Source: Ignisphaera sp. | GTDB lineage: Archaea; Thermoproteota; Thermoprotei_A; Sulfolobales; Ignisphaeraceae | NCBI GenBank assembly: GCA_028275825.1 | Contig: JAPWTX010000002.1 | Coordinates: forward strand, 23,206 to 87,205 | Length of the DNA: 64,000 nucleotides | Reading direction: 5' to 3' | Shown here: positions 1 to 9,750 of the stretch, piece by piece | Numbering within the stretch: position 1 is the first letter of the stretch | How the letters are laid out: the number at the start of each line of letters is the position of its first letter | Program-made: the position numbers and the translations under genes | The notes under the pieces: generated by a model | Told to the model about the DNA's origin: nothing | Databases searched by the model: none | The model's input: only the letters and a program-made list of their open reading frames with translations

Positions 1-80
1 TCTCGCCAGCTTTCAAAATATGGTGTAAGTGGTTTGTGGAATGGAGTTTTATGGCAACTGATATGAGGTTGCATAGAATT

Positions 81-1577
81 CTAAACAGTTGGTGAGGGTG
101 AAGTACTATAAGATAGTGTGGCAGAGATTTTTCTCCAAAGCTCCATTGCATATCCAGGTTGTATGAATCCTCTTACCAATCTAAAAGTTCTGGTGCCATC
201 CTTTAACCTCTCTGGGACAAGAAGTACTGTTTTCTTGCTGTATCGATTAGTGAACCTGTATATGAAGTCGTGGAGGAAGGTAATGTAGGCCACGTTTATA
301 CCTGAGTCAACAATGGCTGAAACGATGTTTTCAGCAACAATTGATGCCTCTACAGGATTTGTTGATGAGAAGCTTTCGTCCATCAAGATGTAGTCACCCC
401 TCTTTAGAGAGTCAACTATGCTTCTAAACCTCCTGATTTCATCTTCAAACTTGCCGTAAGACATTCTCCTCTCCTCCTCTCTGAGGAAGTGCGTGTATAT
501 AGCTCCTGGAGTAGGTATTATGAAAGACTCGGCAGGGACGAAGAGCCCAGCTCTTGTAAGTAAGAGGGCTTGTCCAATTGCTTTAAGGAAAGTTGTTTTA
601 CCACCCCTATTAGCACCTGTGATCAGAATTGCAAAAGAGCCATCAACATCACTATCTAGAGTATTTGGCGTGGGTTTACTCAGAGTTGAGATTGCTAGGG
701 AGAGGCAATACAAATTCTCGAAGGAGAGCTTCCTGGGATTGACCTCGGGATATGTTTTTGGAAGTCCAATTTTCTCAAAGAAGTCATTCATATTTATAAC
801 TCCAATGTAAAATGAAAGCTGCTTTGCAAGATCTTCAAAGAAGTTCCTCAGCCTGTTGTACGCATTTAGCATAGTTGTAGCAATTTGGGAAAGGACCCAC
901 CTCTTAATATCTGCAAGGACTTGGAGACCAGCTTCATCTCTTGGATCTATGCTAAAGGTATACTCCTTCCCAATACTAAGTATCTTAGAAATTAACGAGT
1001 TTCTCTCCTTTGGAACCAGGAGAACAGGGTTCTTCAAGCAATTGTAGTTCCCTATATTCACAGAGAAATCAATGCCTTCACCATAGGCTAAGATCTTAGC
1101 AATATTCCTAGCAGAAGATATAAACTCACTATCAATGTTCTCAGTAAGTGAGGACATGAGCTCGCTGAAAGCCTTTGACGAGAATTTTGCAGATGTGAGA
1201 ATTGTTAGAAGCTTTTCTACTGCATCAACAAGTATCTCAATACCCTTCGAAGTTTCGTAAACAACTAGTGTAGGGTCATCTAGTCTTGGGATGAATACTT
1301 CTCTCCGTGCTTTCTCAATGGCTTCTCTTGCTAATAAATACATCTTCTGAACAGCCTCCCTATTAACAAGAGCATCTTTGACAGCTTCTTGCCTATACCT
1401 CATGATATCCTCAGAACTATCCCTCAGCAACAAGACTTCTAGCCATGTTTCAGCAACAAGCCTATCTTTATTCGAGGCAATGCCAATGATTTTATCTAGC
1501 TCGAGATCTGCTCTCACATCCTCAGCTGTGGTTATCTTGGGTGAGTTTCCAATCTTCAAGAGATCGAAATGAATCAT
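81..1577 (-). CDS. MutS-like ATPase (MutS domain V; short, no mismatch-recognition domain), downstream partner of tandem pair
   Basis: Walker A ITGANRGGKTT, Walker B ILMDESFSST, MutS-type FEDEIRRF and TFLHDF motifs; 4-bp overlap with upstream paralogue. Confidence 0.85.
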   Translation of the reverse strand: MIHFDLLKIGNSPKITTAEDVRADLELDKIIGIASNKDRLVAETWLEVLLLRDSSEDIMRYRQEAVKDALVNREAVQKMYLLAREAIEKARREVFIPRLDDPTLVVYETSKGIEILVDAVEKLLTILTSAKFSSKAFSELMSSLTENIDSEFISSARNIAKILAYGEGIDFSVNIGNYNCLKNPVLLVPKERNSLISKILSIGKEYTFSIDPRDEAGLQVLADIKRWVLSQIATTMLNAYNRLRNFFEDLAKQLSFYIGVINMNDFFEKIGLPKTYPEVNPRKLSFENLYCLSLAISTLSKPTPNTLDSDVDGSFAILITGANRGGKTTFLKAIGQALLLTRAGLFVPAESFIIPTPGAIYTHFLREEERRMSYGKFEDEIRRFRSIVDSLKRGDYILMDESFSSTNPVEASIVAENIVSAIVDSGINVAYITFLHDFIYRFTNRYSKKTVLLVPERLKDGTRTFRLVRGFIQPGYAMELWRKISATLSYSTSPSPTV

Positions 1578-3070
1578 CTAAGCATCTCCCTCAAATGATT
1601 GTAAAGCAGCCTGTGCTTAGCAGCTATACGAACAGCCATGTATTCCGAGGGTGGGCTTCCTGGAAGTATCTTATATGAGGGTTTCATAGGATCCTCTGGA
1701 GAGGGCATTGCTACAAGGCTTATTGTGAAGTCTATAGAAGCAACTCCAGGTATGAAGGTGACGAAGAGGCAGTATGCTCTCTTCCTATTCAACTCGCTGA
1801 GGAATAACCTGGCTAGCTGAAAGCCTTCTTCCGAAGTTGTAGTAGAGAAGAGTTCATTAGCAATTACTAAGGTGGTGCTATTTGCCTGCTTCAAGATTTT
1901 TAACGCCTTGGTAATGTCTTGTTCAAGTCTGCTCATACTTTCTCTCGGATCTTCTCTAGCGGGAAAAGCTGTCATTATTGAAGTAAAGAAAGGAAGTGAA
2001 GCCTCAGTAGCTGGGACAGGTAACCCTAGTGTGGATAGGTATGCGAGTTGTCCAAATGATATGGCAAATGTTGTCTTCCCACCGCTGTTCATCCCTGTGA
2101 TCACGAAAACCCTTTTCACACCATCAGTGCTAATGTCATTGTGAACAACTCTACCACTTCGTAGCAGCAATAAGTTGTAAAAGTTCTTCACATTTATTGA
2201 GCCATCGCAGGTGAAGTTGGGGATGGTGAAAAGGTACTCTGGTTGCATAACTTTCTTCATGTACCTTACATAGGTGAGATAGAACTTCACCTCTTTAGCA
2301 AATCTCATTACCCCATCATCTACTATTTTTTGGAAGTCCTCCATAAACCTCTTAAGAATCTCATACTCCTTCCTATAAAACTTAAAAGCACCTTCAAGTA
2401 TTGCAGCATGTATGTGAGACATTTCGCTTGTCACACTAATGTGTTTAACCTCCTCAACCTCACCTTCCTTAAACCTTGAGAACAGATTTTTGATTATTGC
2501 AGAGAGGTCCTCCCCTTCATCATACCTCCGCACCTTTATCCTATTCCCAATTATCTTCACTCTTATTTTAATCCCATCCCTAGCTTTTTTCGCTTCATAG
2601 ACACGCTCTTTCATTAAGCGAAAAGACCTGCTTTCCACAATGCTCTGGAGATAGTTAAGGAAATTGAGAAGTCCTTGGGATCTGATTCCCAAAACCTTCA
2701 AGTCATTGTAAAATGACTCAATAGCTTCAATATATGATAACGCTGCATCTAGGTGAAGCCCAAGCTTATGCTGCTCATACGCCTCCTTCTCCAGCTCGAT
2801 GTAATCTATACTCTCCCTAATCTTCTCAACGAAGTTCTCTACAGCATTGTATACCTCATTCCTCATCAAATCTCGAAATACGTTAAGTCTGAAAACAGCT
2901 ATCTCCTCATTATTTAGAGGCTCCAAATACAAACTCCTTAAAAATTCATCCCTCTCCCTACCAAGGATATCCTCCAACAGCTCTGATATCCGTAAATCAT
3001 ACAATACCTGTTCATCAACAGCTCTTCCTCTCTCACCAAGGATACTCTTATACTCCATACCTACACCCAC
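1574..3070 (-). CDS. MutS-like ATPase (MutS domain V), upstream partner of tandem pair
   Basis: Walker A ITGMNSGGKTT, degenerate Walker B VIANELFSTT, LGLPVPA motif typical of MutS C-terminal domains. Confidence 0.85.
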   Translation of the reverse strand: MGVGMEYKSILGERGRAVDEQVLYDLRISELLEDILGRERDEFLRSLYLEPLNNEEIAVFRLNVFRDLMRNEVYNAVENFVEKIRESIDYIELEKEAYEQHKLGLHLDAALSYIEAIESFYNDLKVLGIRSQGLLNFLNYLQSIVESRSFRLMKERVYEAKKARDGIKIRVKIIGNRIKVRRYDEGEDLSAIIKNLFSRFKEGEVEEVKHISVTSEMSHIHAAILEGAFKFYRKEYEILKRFMEDFQKIVDDGVMRFAKEVKFYLTYVRYMKKVMQPEYLFTIPNFTCDGSINVKNFYNLLLLRSGRVVHNDISTDGVKRVFVITGMNSGGKTTFAISFGQLAYLSTLGLPVPATEASLPFFTSIMTAFPAREDPRESMSRLEQDITKALKILKQANSTTLVIANELFSTTTSEEGFQLARLFLSELNRKRAYCLFVTFIPGVASIDFTISLVAMPSPEDPMKPSYKILPGSPPSEYMAVRIAAKHRLLYNHLREMLR

Positions 3071-3309
3071 AAATATTTATGCCTCCTATTCTACACGAAA
3101 TAGCTCAACATTTTTATAAAGAACACTATACAAATTACTACTCTTTAAAACTTTTATGAGGATGCTTCCCTCTCCCTATACAAAAACTGATTGCACAGAC
3201 ACAACCTTTATCCAGGCTTCTAGCTTGTTCATCTAAAGGTCTTAACCACTTTTCTCTTCATCTCGCATTGGAAGGTAGGGTCTTTGGTTATAGTTATTAG
3301 ATTAGGTGT

Positions 3310-3360
3310 AGAGCTTATAAGCTCTGTAATCTAGTATATTTATGCCTATATGGGCATAAA
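3310..3360. promoter_or_regulatory. Two palindromes upstream of the 3364 operon (putative operators; the first spans a TTATAA box)
   Basis: Perfect 16-bp palindrome AGAGCTTATAAGCTCT at 3310-3325; 8-bp inverted repeat TTTATGCC-N6-GGCATAAA at 3339-3360. Confidence 0.5.
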
Positions 3361-3363
3361 AAG

Positions 3364-3963
3364 GTGGTTAAAGTGGATTTAGCTACAGGTGCAAAGGATT
3401 TCAGCTCCAAGGGCTCTGAAACAGCTACTCAGTCAGCTCAAGCTATAGCTAAGGATGGTGGTGAGGCAAAGGCGTCGGCTGTGTGGGAGGAGGCGTTGTT
3501 GCAGGAGTTTATCTACGCCATTGGTCATTTGAATCATATTGAGCAACACTTGGTGGAGGATGATTCGATTATTGGTTTACCCCTCTTCGGGGATCTCATA
3601 GATTTCTTTAGAGAGCAAAGAAAGCTTGTGGGCCAAGTACTATTTGCTGTAGAGAAACTTGAGGCTATGAAATCAGGTAATGAGTTGAGGTCATCTTGGG
3701 AGAGCATATGGTGCGCCTTAAAGCATGTTACAACAGCTCTGATACATGTTGATGAGTGTATAGAGAAGCTTTTGAAGAGGTTTAGAAGCTCAGAGGATCC
3801 CATAATTGCAGAAAATGTCAAGATATTGCTGGGTGTTAGGAGGAACATTCTCGAGGGAGCGCTGAAGATAATTGAGAGAGGAAAGAAAGCGGCAAACATA
3901 TTGACTGAGGCAAGCGTTAGGTGTAGAGAAGACATATGCATTGAAGAGGTTGTACATAAGTGA
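3364..3963 (+). CDS. Hypothetical all-helical protein, possible metal-binding bundle
   Basis: 199-aa ORF with GTG start; HxxHxEQH, RExRK and WCxxKH motifs; overlaps next ORF by 4 bp. Confidence 0.75.
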   Translation: MVKVDLATGAKDFSSKGSETATQSAQAIAKDGGEAKASAVWEEALLQEFIYAIGHLNHIEQHLVEDDSIIGLPLFGDLIDFFREQRKLVGQVLFAVEKLEAMKSGNELRSSWESIWCALKHVTTALIHVDECIEKLLKRFRSSEDPIIAENVKILLGVRRNILEGALKIIERGKKAANILTEASVRCREDICIEEVVHK

Positions 3964-4238
3964 GTACACAAGGCTATGTACTGATAAAGGTCTCTGAAAA
4001 AGCACCAAAAGAAGTTAAAACAAGGATAAGGAAGCTTATGAAGGGAACCACTGTAACTATAAAGGGCAAAGGCTATAGGAGCAGGGGTTTAGTAGAAGAG
4101 GTAAAAGGGGTTGCCCTAGCAGGAGGTGTATATATAATTCCATTGAGCGCCACGGAAAGAGTTGTTGAAAAACTCAATGAGAAAAGCTTGGCAGAATACA
4201 TAGAGATAATAAATCTATGTACATGTCCCTGCAAATAA
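3960..4238 (+). CDS. Small hypothetical protein, possibly ChrB-N/PaaX-central/Cas2-like ferredoxin fold, with C-terminal CxCxC
   Basis: 92 aa, translationally coupled; YVLI...RxRxxKL...LAGGVYIIP pattern; ends LCTCPCK. Confidence 0.6.
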   Translation: MSTQGYVLIKVSEKAPKEVKTRIRKLMKGTTVTIKGKGYRSRGLVEEVKGVALAGGVYIIPLSATERVVEKLNEKSLAEYIEIINLCTCPCK

Positions 4239-4489
4239 GGGTTTAGATTTTATAGAGCTTCGTATAGTCTTATGCTCTCTACCCTTAGCCTCATAACTTA
4301 AGATACTTTTTATTGAAGCCCACATCACTGAACCTCTCCACCCACTCGAGGTAAAGCATTAAACTTGGTTATGCCTAATTGTAGTTATATTGTTCGCCAC
4401 TTCAAATCATAGTTTAAATAGTTTAAATATATTATAACATAAGGTTTAATTAATTTAAACACATTAATTTTTTAACTGGCGAGAGAATT

Positions 4490-6085
4490 ATGAATAGGAA
4501 ATTTCTTTACCTAGTCATACTCATCATAATTGCGGTTTTGGCTAGTTATGTTAGTGAAAGCTTTTTGACGAGAAGAGGTGCTTCCATCACAATTACTGTG
4601 CCTACTACCTCAACAACAGTATATTTGCTTTCAAATCCTATGCAAAATGCTACACTGAGGATAGCTCTATCTACAGATATCTCAACTATAGACATACACT
4701 ATGCTACTGGTGTTGCAGATTTTGAAGTGCTTGGAAATGTCTATGAATCCCTCTTCAGAATAACTTATAATGGTAGTAAACTCGCTTATATCCCGTGGCT
4801 TGTTAAAGAGTTTAAGCAATTGAATGATACTGCATGGCTATTTGTGTTAAGGAATGGAATAATGTTTCAAAATGGAGAGAGACTCACAGCTTATGATGTG
4901 AAAGCCAGCTTGGAGAGATCTATGAGGCTTTCTGGTATAGGTAAGCAGTTGCTAACAGATGCTAAGGGGAGGCCAATAATATCAGATATAGTTATTATTA
5001 ATGATACAGCTTTCATCATTATGTTGAGAGAGCCTTTCACCCCATTGATAGAGCACTTAGCACACTTATCAACAGCCATAATGCCGAGGGATGTAGCATT
5101 GAAGTACTGGAATGGTCCTATAAACTCTACGCAGGATGTTATAGGGACAGGGCCCTTTATGTTGGAGTCGTATGAGAAAGGCTCTAGAGCTGTGCTAAAG
5201 AGGTTTGATGGGTACTGGGGGAGGAAACCAGCTATACAAAACCTTGTGTATCTAATACTTCCAGATGCAAATGCTAGGATCTCAGCCATACTCAGCGGCT
5301 CTGTCGATATAGCTACAGGGGTCTCTCCAGACATGGTGAACACCCTCAGAGCACAAGGTATTGAGGTATATAGAGTCACAGGTGTAAGGCTAGTTCTAGT
5401 TGCGATAAACTGCTTGAGGATTCCAGATGTTAGAGTGAGGCAGGCATTGAACTATGCTATAAACAGAAGTGCTATTGTGAAGGAGCTTATGGATGGCTAT
5501 GCACAAGTGGCTATGGGCATTGCCTCACCTGTTTTCCCTGATGCAGCTGTTTTAGAGCCTTACAACTACAATGTTTCCAAGGCTCGCGAACTAATTGAGG
5601 AAGCGGGGTTTGCTGGTAAGAAGTTGACGCTCTTAGTTTCTACGAGAAGCCCTAAGGATGTGCAGCTAGCTCAAGTAGTTCAGCAATATTTAAAGGCTGT
5701 GGGGGTAGATGTCGAAATAGTGCAGATGGAGCACACAGCGTTTCTGAAAAGGGTGTTTATAGATCACGACTTTGACCTCGCAATATATGGACCATCACCT
5801 TCTTCATTATACTATGCACTAACATACTGGAGAACTAATGCCTCTTTAAACGGTCCACAGTATAGCAATCCCGAGGTAGATGTGCTTTTAGATAGAATTG
5901 CTAGAGAAGTGAATGAGTCTAAGAGGCTGGAGCTCTATAGAGATGTGCAGGAGGTTATATGGAGGGATGCTCCAGCTATGTGGCTTTACTTCGAGGATGT
6001 AGTGGTTGCAGCAAGACCTAGTGTCAAGGGATTGCAGATACTTCCATTTCAGAAGCTTGTGCTAGACAGTATGTATATTGGGTAG
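4490..6085 (+). CDS. ABC transporter substrate-binding protein, family 5 (peptide/nickel, DppA-like)
   Basis: N-terminal anchor; VYESLF, GERLTAYDVKAS, IGTGPF, VRQALNYAINR motifs. Confidence 0.93.
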   Translation: MNRKFLYLVILIIIAVLASYVSESFLTRRGASITITVPTTSTTVYLLSNPMQNATLRIALSTDISTIDIHYATGVADFEVLGNVYESLFRITYNGSKLAYIPWLVKEFKQLNDTAWLFVLRNGIMFQNGERLTAYDVKASLERSMRLSGIGKQLLTDAKGRPIISDIVIINDTAFIIMLREPFTPLIEHLAHLSTAIMPRDVALKYWNGPINSTQDVIGTGPFMLESYEKGSRAVLKRFDGYWGRKPAIQNLVYLILPDANARISAILSGSVDIATGVSPDMVNTLRAQGIEVYRVTGVRLVLVAINCLRIPDVRVRQALNYAINRSAIVKELMDGYAQVAMGIASPVFPDAAVLEPYNYNVSKARELIEEAGFAGKKLTLLVSTRSPKDVQLAQVVQQYLKAVGVDVEIVQMEHTAFLKRVFIDHDFDLAIYGPSPSSLYYALTYWRTNASLNGPQYSNPEVDVLLDRIAREVNESKRLELYRDVQEVIWRDAPAMWLYFEDVVVAARPSVKGLQILPFQKLVLDSMYIG

Positions 6086-6986
6086 GGGTATGTGGTTACA
6101 TATACTTAAAAAGCTTTTCTATGTACTTTTAGTCGTTCTAACCACTACAGCTGTTCTATACTCTGTGGCAAGGCTCTTTCCAGGAGACCCTATAACGGTT
6201 CTCTATGGAGAGACAACCCCATCTCCAGATATTAGGAAGCTTCTTGAAGCCAGGCTTTGGCTTGACAAGCCCATATATGCACAGCTATTACTCTACTGGA
6301 AGAGGCTGTTCACAGGGGATTGGGGAGTCTCAATATTTTCAGGAGAACCTGTACTAACCCTCATACTTCGTAGATACATCAACTCACTTGCTCTAGCACT
6401 AGCAACCACCATAACCACTACAGCTCTTTGCGTGCTCTTGGTCTACCTCTCTACAGTAAAGGGCTATGATAAGATCTTTACACAGCTTGCTACAGTCTCT
6501 ACCTCGATGCCAGCAGTGCTATGGGGCATTGTCCTCATGCTAGTCTTGGCATTGTTGAAGATGCCAATACCCTTTGGCTCCATTGTCATGCCTCTAGCAA
6601 CACTAACTATAGCTGGTGTTGGCATTTTTTACACTATTTTGAAGAACCTTATAGAAAAGGCGTTTTCAGAGCCCTTTATAGAGATGTACAGAGCTGTTGG
6701 CATGTCTAGGGCAAGGCTATTCATTAGAGCTCTACACTACGCCATGCCAGTATATGTCACTGCTGTGCTCTATAGATTGGGGCTCATAGTAGCTGGGGCG
6801 ATAGCTACAGAAACCCTATTCAGCTATCCTGGCATGGGCAAGCTACTTGTGGATGCATTTTCATCTAGAGACTACCCTGTCTTGTTGGGGTGGTCAGCAA
6901 TGATTTCATCAACGCTAGCTCTGCTCAACATATTTGGAGACCTTTTGCACATGTATATAGATCCAAGGATTAGGGAAGAGAAGTGA
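6078..6986 (+). CDS. ABC peptide transporter permease (DppB-like)
   Basis: PGDP N-terminus, ETLFSYPGMG and RDYP motifs, ends DPRIR. Confidence 0.92.
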   Translation: MGRGMWLHILKKLFYVLLVVLTTTAVLYSVARLFPGDPITVLYGETTPSPDIRKLLEARLWLDKPIYAQLLLYWKRLFTGDWGVSIFSGEPVLTLILRRYINSLALALATTITTTALCVLLVYLSTVKGYDKIFTQLATVSTSMPAVLWGIVLMLVLALLKMPIPFGSIVMPLATLTIAGVGIFYTILKNLIEKAFSEPFIEMYRAVGMSRARLFIRALHYAMPVYVTAVLYRLGLIVAGAIATETLFSYPGMGKLLVDAFSSRDYPVLLGWSAMISSTLALLNIFGDLLHMYIDPRIREEK

Positions 6987-7792
6987 GGGGCTTAGTTGCA
7001 AAGATCTCGCTGGGAATAATCTTTGCAGAGATTTTTCTAGCGTTACTAGCTAACTTCATAGCTCCCTACCCATATTACAGGGTAGATCTTGAAAACAGGC
7101 TTAGACCACCATCACCTACACACATTCTTGGCACAGATCCGCTAGGTAGAGACGTGTTTTCGAGGCTTGTATACGCACTTAGAATATCCTTTGCTGTAGC
7201 CATACTATCGCTAGCTGTAGCGCTGCTCATAGGCACAGCTCTGGGCATGGTCTCAGCAATTCTAGGTAGTGTGACAGATGCTGTTCTTTCATGGATTTTT
7301 GATGTGGTTTATGCTATGCCAGGTTTTTTCATAGCCATAGCAATTCTTCTCATAATAGGTTCAGGAGTTATGGGGACAGCCGCAGCCATATCCCTTACAC
7401 TAACACCCATATTTTTCAGGCTTAGCAGATCTGCTGCAAGAGGTGTCCTGGTTAAGCAGTATGTAGAGGTGGCTAAAGCTTTGGGAGCATCAACTCTTAG
7501 AATAGCCCTGAACTATGTTGGTAGGGAGCTCATGGCTGTTGTAATTCCTGCAGCTGTTTACATGCTTTCAGATGCTATAGCTCTTGAAGCAACGCTGAGT
7601 GTTGTTGGTCTTGGGGTAAACCCTCCCACACCTAGTCTGGGGAACATGATCTCAGAGTACAAAGACTATGTATTTGTTGCTCCCTGGCTTGTTGCAACAC
7701 CTATAGCAATAATAGCACTAACAATAGCTTCTCTAAACATCTTAGCAAAGGAGTTGGATAAGAAGCTCAATGCATTTCTTGAAGCGGCATAA
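6983..7792 (+). CDS. ABC peptide transporter permease (DppC-like)
   Basis: HILGTDPLGRDVFSRL, AKALGAS and PPTPSLGNMI motifs. Confidence 0.92.
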   Translation: MRGLVAKISLGIIFAEIFLALLANFIAPYPYYRVDLENRLRPPSPTHILGTDPLGRDVFSRLVYALRISFAVAILSLAVALLIGTALGMVSAILGSVTDAVLSWIFDVVYAMPGFFIAIAILLIIGSGVMGTAAAISLTLTPIFFRLSRSAARGVLVKQYVEVAKALGASTLRIALNYVGRELMAVVIPAAVYMLSDAIALEATLSVVGLGVNPPTPSLGNMISEYKDYVFVAPWLVATPIAIIALTIASLNILAKELDKKLNAFLEAA

Positions 7793-7819
7793 GCATACAA
7801 GTCTTAAGCAACGCAGTTT

Positions 7820-8713
7820 TTGAGCGTGTTCAACATAAGTAGAGCTTTTGGTGAGTTGTGGGTGCCTTGGCAACCAACAAAGCTGCACTTTGGCACAGCT
7901 GGAATCCCAAATTCAACGCCTAGGAAAACCACTCCAAATGGTGTTAAGATGGTTGCTGAGCTAGGGCTTGACGCTATGGAGATAGAGTTTGTTAGAGGGG
8001 TGAAAATGAGTGATGAAACAGCTGCTGAAGTGAAGGCGCTGGCTAGCCAGCTTGGGGTGTTGCTAACTGTTCACGCTCCCTACTACATAAACCTAAACTC
8101 TGCTGAGGAGGCTAAGGTTGAGGCAAGTGTGAACAGGATTCTGGAGAGTGCTAGGGTAGGTTTCAAAGCTGGTGCATGGAGTGTTGTTTTTCACAGTGGT
8201 TACTATGGTGAGTCCAGTGCTGAGGAGGCTTATGGGAGGGTTAAGCAGGCTGTGAAGAGCGTTGTCAAGATCCTTAAGGATGAGGGGATAGATATGTGGG
8301 TTAGACCAGAGCTCATGGGTGGGGTAAAGGAGGTGGGATCCTTAGAAGAAGTAACCAAGCTCGCTGAAGAAATAGGAGAAAACGTTCTACCCTGCATAGA
8401 TTTTGCGCATCTACATGCAAGAACTGTGGGCAAATACAACACATACGAAGAATTCAAAGAAGTACTAGAATTCATAGAGAAGAGACTGGGAAAAACAGCC
8501 CTAGAAAACATGCACATCCACATAAGTGGAATAGAATATGGAAACAAGGGAGAGATAAAACATCTAAATCTGAAGGAATCAGACTTCAACTACCAAAACC
8601 TAGCAAAAACACTAAAAGAATTCAAAGTAAGAGGAGTAGTAATAAGCGAATCCCCAAACCTAGAAGAAGACGCAATACTATTTAAACAAACCTATGAAAA
8701 CATAAAAACCTAA
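7820..8713 (+). CDS. nfo: Endonuclease IV (AP endonuclease 2 family, TIM barrel); true start may be a few codons downstream
   Basis: HAPYYINL, VVFHSGY, RPELMG, CIDFAHLHA, HIHISGI, ESP metal-ligand motifs. Confidence 0.9.
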   Translation: MSVFNISRAFGELWVPWQPTKLHFGTAGIPNSTPRKTTPNGVKMVAELGLDAMEIEFVRGVKMSDETAAEVKALASQLGVLLTVHAPYYINLNSAEEAKVEASVNRILESARVGFKAGAWSVVFHSGYYGESSAEEAYGRVKQAVKSVVKILKDEGIDMWVRPELMGGVKEVGSLEEVTKLAEEIGENVLPCIDFAHLHARTVGKYNTYEEFKEVLEFIEKRLGKTALENMHIHISGIEYGNKGEIKHLNLKESDFNYQNLAKTLKEFKVRGVVISESPNLEEDAILFKQTYENIKT

Positions 8714-8735
8714 CACAACAAAACCATTTTTAAAA

Positions 8736-8813
<78 letters not shown>

Positions 8814-8998
8814 CACAATTGAATGCTAATGAAACTCATTTTCAATTTCTTATCGTTAAACTGATTTCATATTGCATGTGATGAATATAGGACATGCAAT
8901 GGTGAAAGTCATTGAATCTATTAATTAACGAAGTATATCACTCACGGTTCTTCAGAATGTGAGAGGAATAGGCAAGTGCAGCCCTCAAGATGTTTAGG

Positions 8999-9183
8999 CT
9001 GACCTCCTCCCCGCCCTTGAGGGGCGAGGGCCCCCCTTGGAGCGGCTCACAAGTTCCCCTCATCTATTTGGGGCTACATCTGTCATTTGAGGGGCATTCG
9101 GGGTGGTCAGAGCTCCCCACAACTGGTCTAGAGTTCTCTTCTCGATGCCTAGTACTGCTACTGTATCTCTATTAACTTCGAAA
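8999..9183 (-). mobile_element. tnpB 3' remnant plus right end/omegaRNA region (second copy of the 11184 element end)
   Basis: Close match to 11184-11370; minus strand encodes NFEVNRDTVAVLGIEKR...PQMTDVAPNR*; ends with hairpin and GAGGAGGTCAG. Confidence 0.88.
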
Positions 9184-9187
9184 TTAC

Positions 9188-9226
9188 AACCAAAAGCCTC
9201 GCCCTTTATGGCGGAGAGGAGGTCAG
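9188..9226 (+). mobile_element. 39-bp fused left-end/right-end IS200/IS605 mini-element
   Basis: TTAC|AACCAAAAG-CCTCGCCCTTTATGGCGGAG-AGGAGGTCAG: left-end start and right-end terminus around one hairpin. Confidence 0.65.
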
Positions 9227-9326
9227 TACCCTTCTAGAAACTGATTAACACTTTAGGAATTCGAATCTAGAGCAACAACTACTTGCTAAGGTCTCACAGT
9301 CGGGAGAGTTAACAACTTGTGTAGAT

Positions 9327-9657
9327 AGGGTTTCCCCGAGGCAATTACTTGTAATTAGTTGTGAATCTTGCCTCGGGGTTCCCTGCATTGGGTCGGGTTT
9401 TCATCCCCTCATCTGCAGGGCTATCAGGGCTTCACATAACCCAAGAGCCCCTCATCTGCTTCAGCCCCTTGCCCACACCTTGGGGGCAGCCAGGGGGTTG
9501 CCAAATCCTCATCAATGCTGGTTCACAGGGGTTTTGAAAGCACTAGGTGTTTAACATTGTTATAAGTTTTAGAGGTTTGTGAAAATGTTGCACGGCTAAG
9601 CCAATGCATTTACAGCTATTCACAGGTATATACAGCTGATGCAGATCCAGCCACGGC
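9327..9657 (-). mobile_element. Non-coding repeat family F3, copy a (structured RNA cassette, GCC...GGAAACCC ends)
   Basis: Reverse-complement match to 50983-51325 over about 330 bp; 10-bp-period TA(G/T)CTGT(A/G)AA array at left end. Confidence 0.85.
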
Positions 9658-9750
9658 TTTCTGACTCCAGAGGGTCAAACTCTTGCAAATGATTTTTAGT
9701 GTTAAAGGCTATTTACTGTTTTAGAGCGTTACACATTCTTGGGGCTCTCT

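Noticed and set aside
1-66. Possible 3' end of a plus-strand gene at the window edge
   Set aside because: Only 21 codons are visible, too few to call
4408-4470. TAGTTTAAA tandem repeats upstream of the ABC operon
   Set aside because: Cannot be distinguished from ordinary AT-rich promoter sequence
8990-9175. ORF-track ORFs inside repeat elements (also 11072-11311, 14091-14462, 15603-15809, 17094-17372, 18745-18948, 37807-37989, 50511-51281)
   Set aside because: They lie in GC-rich non-coding elements or antisense to tnpB ends, and the frames are not consistently kept between copies
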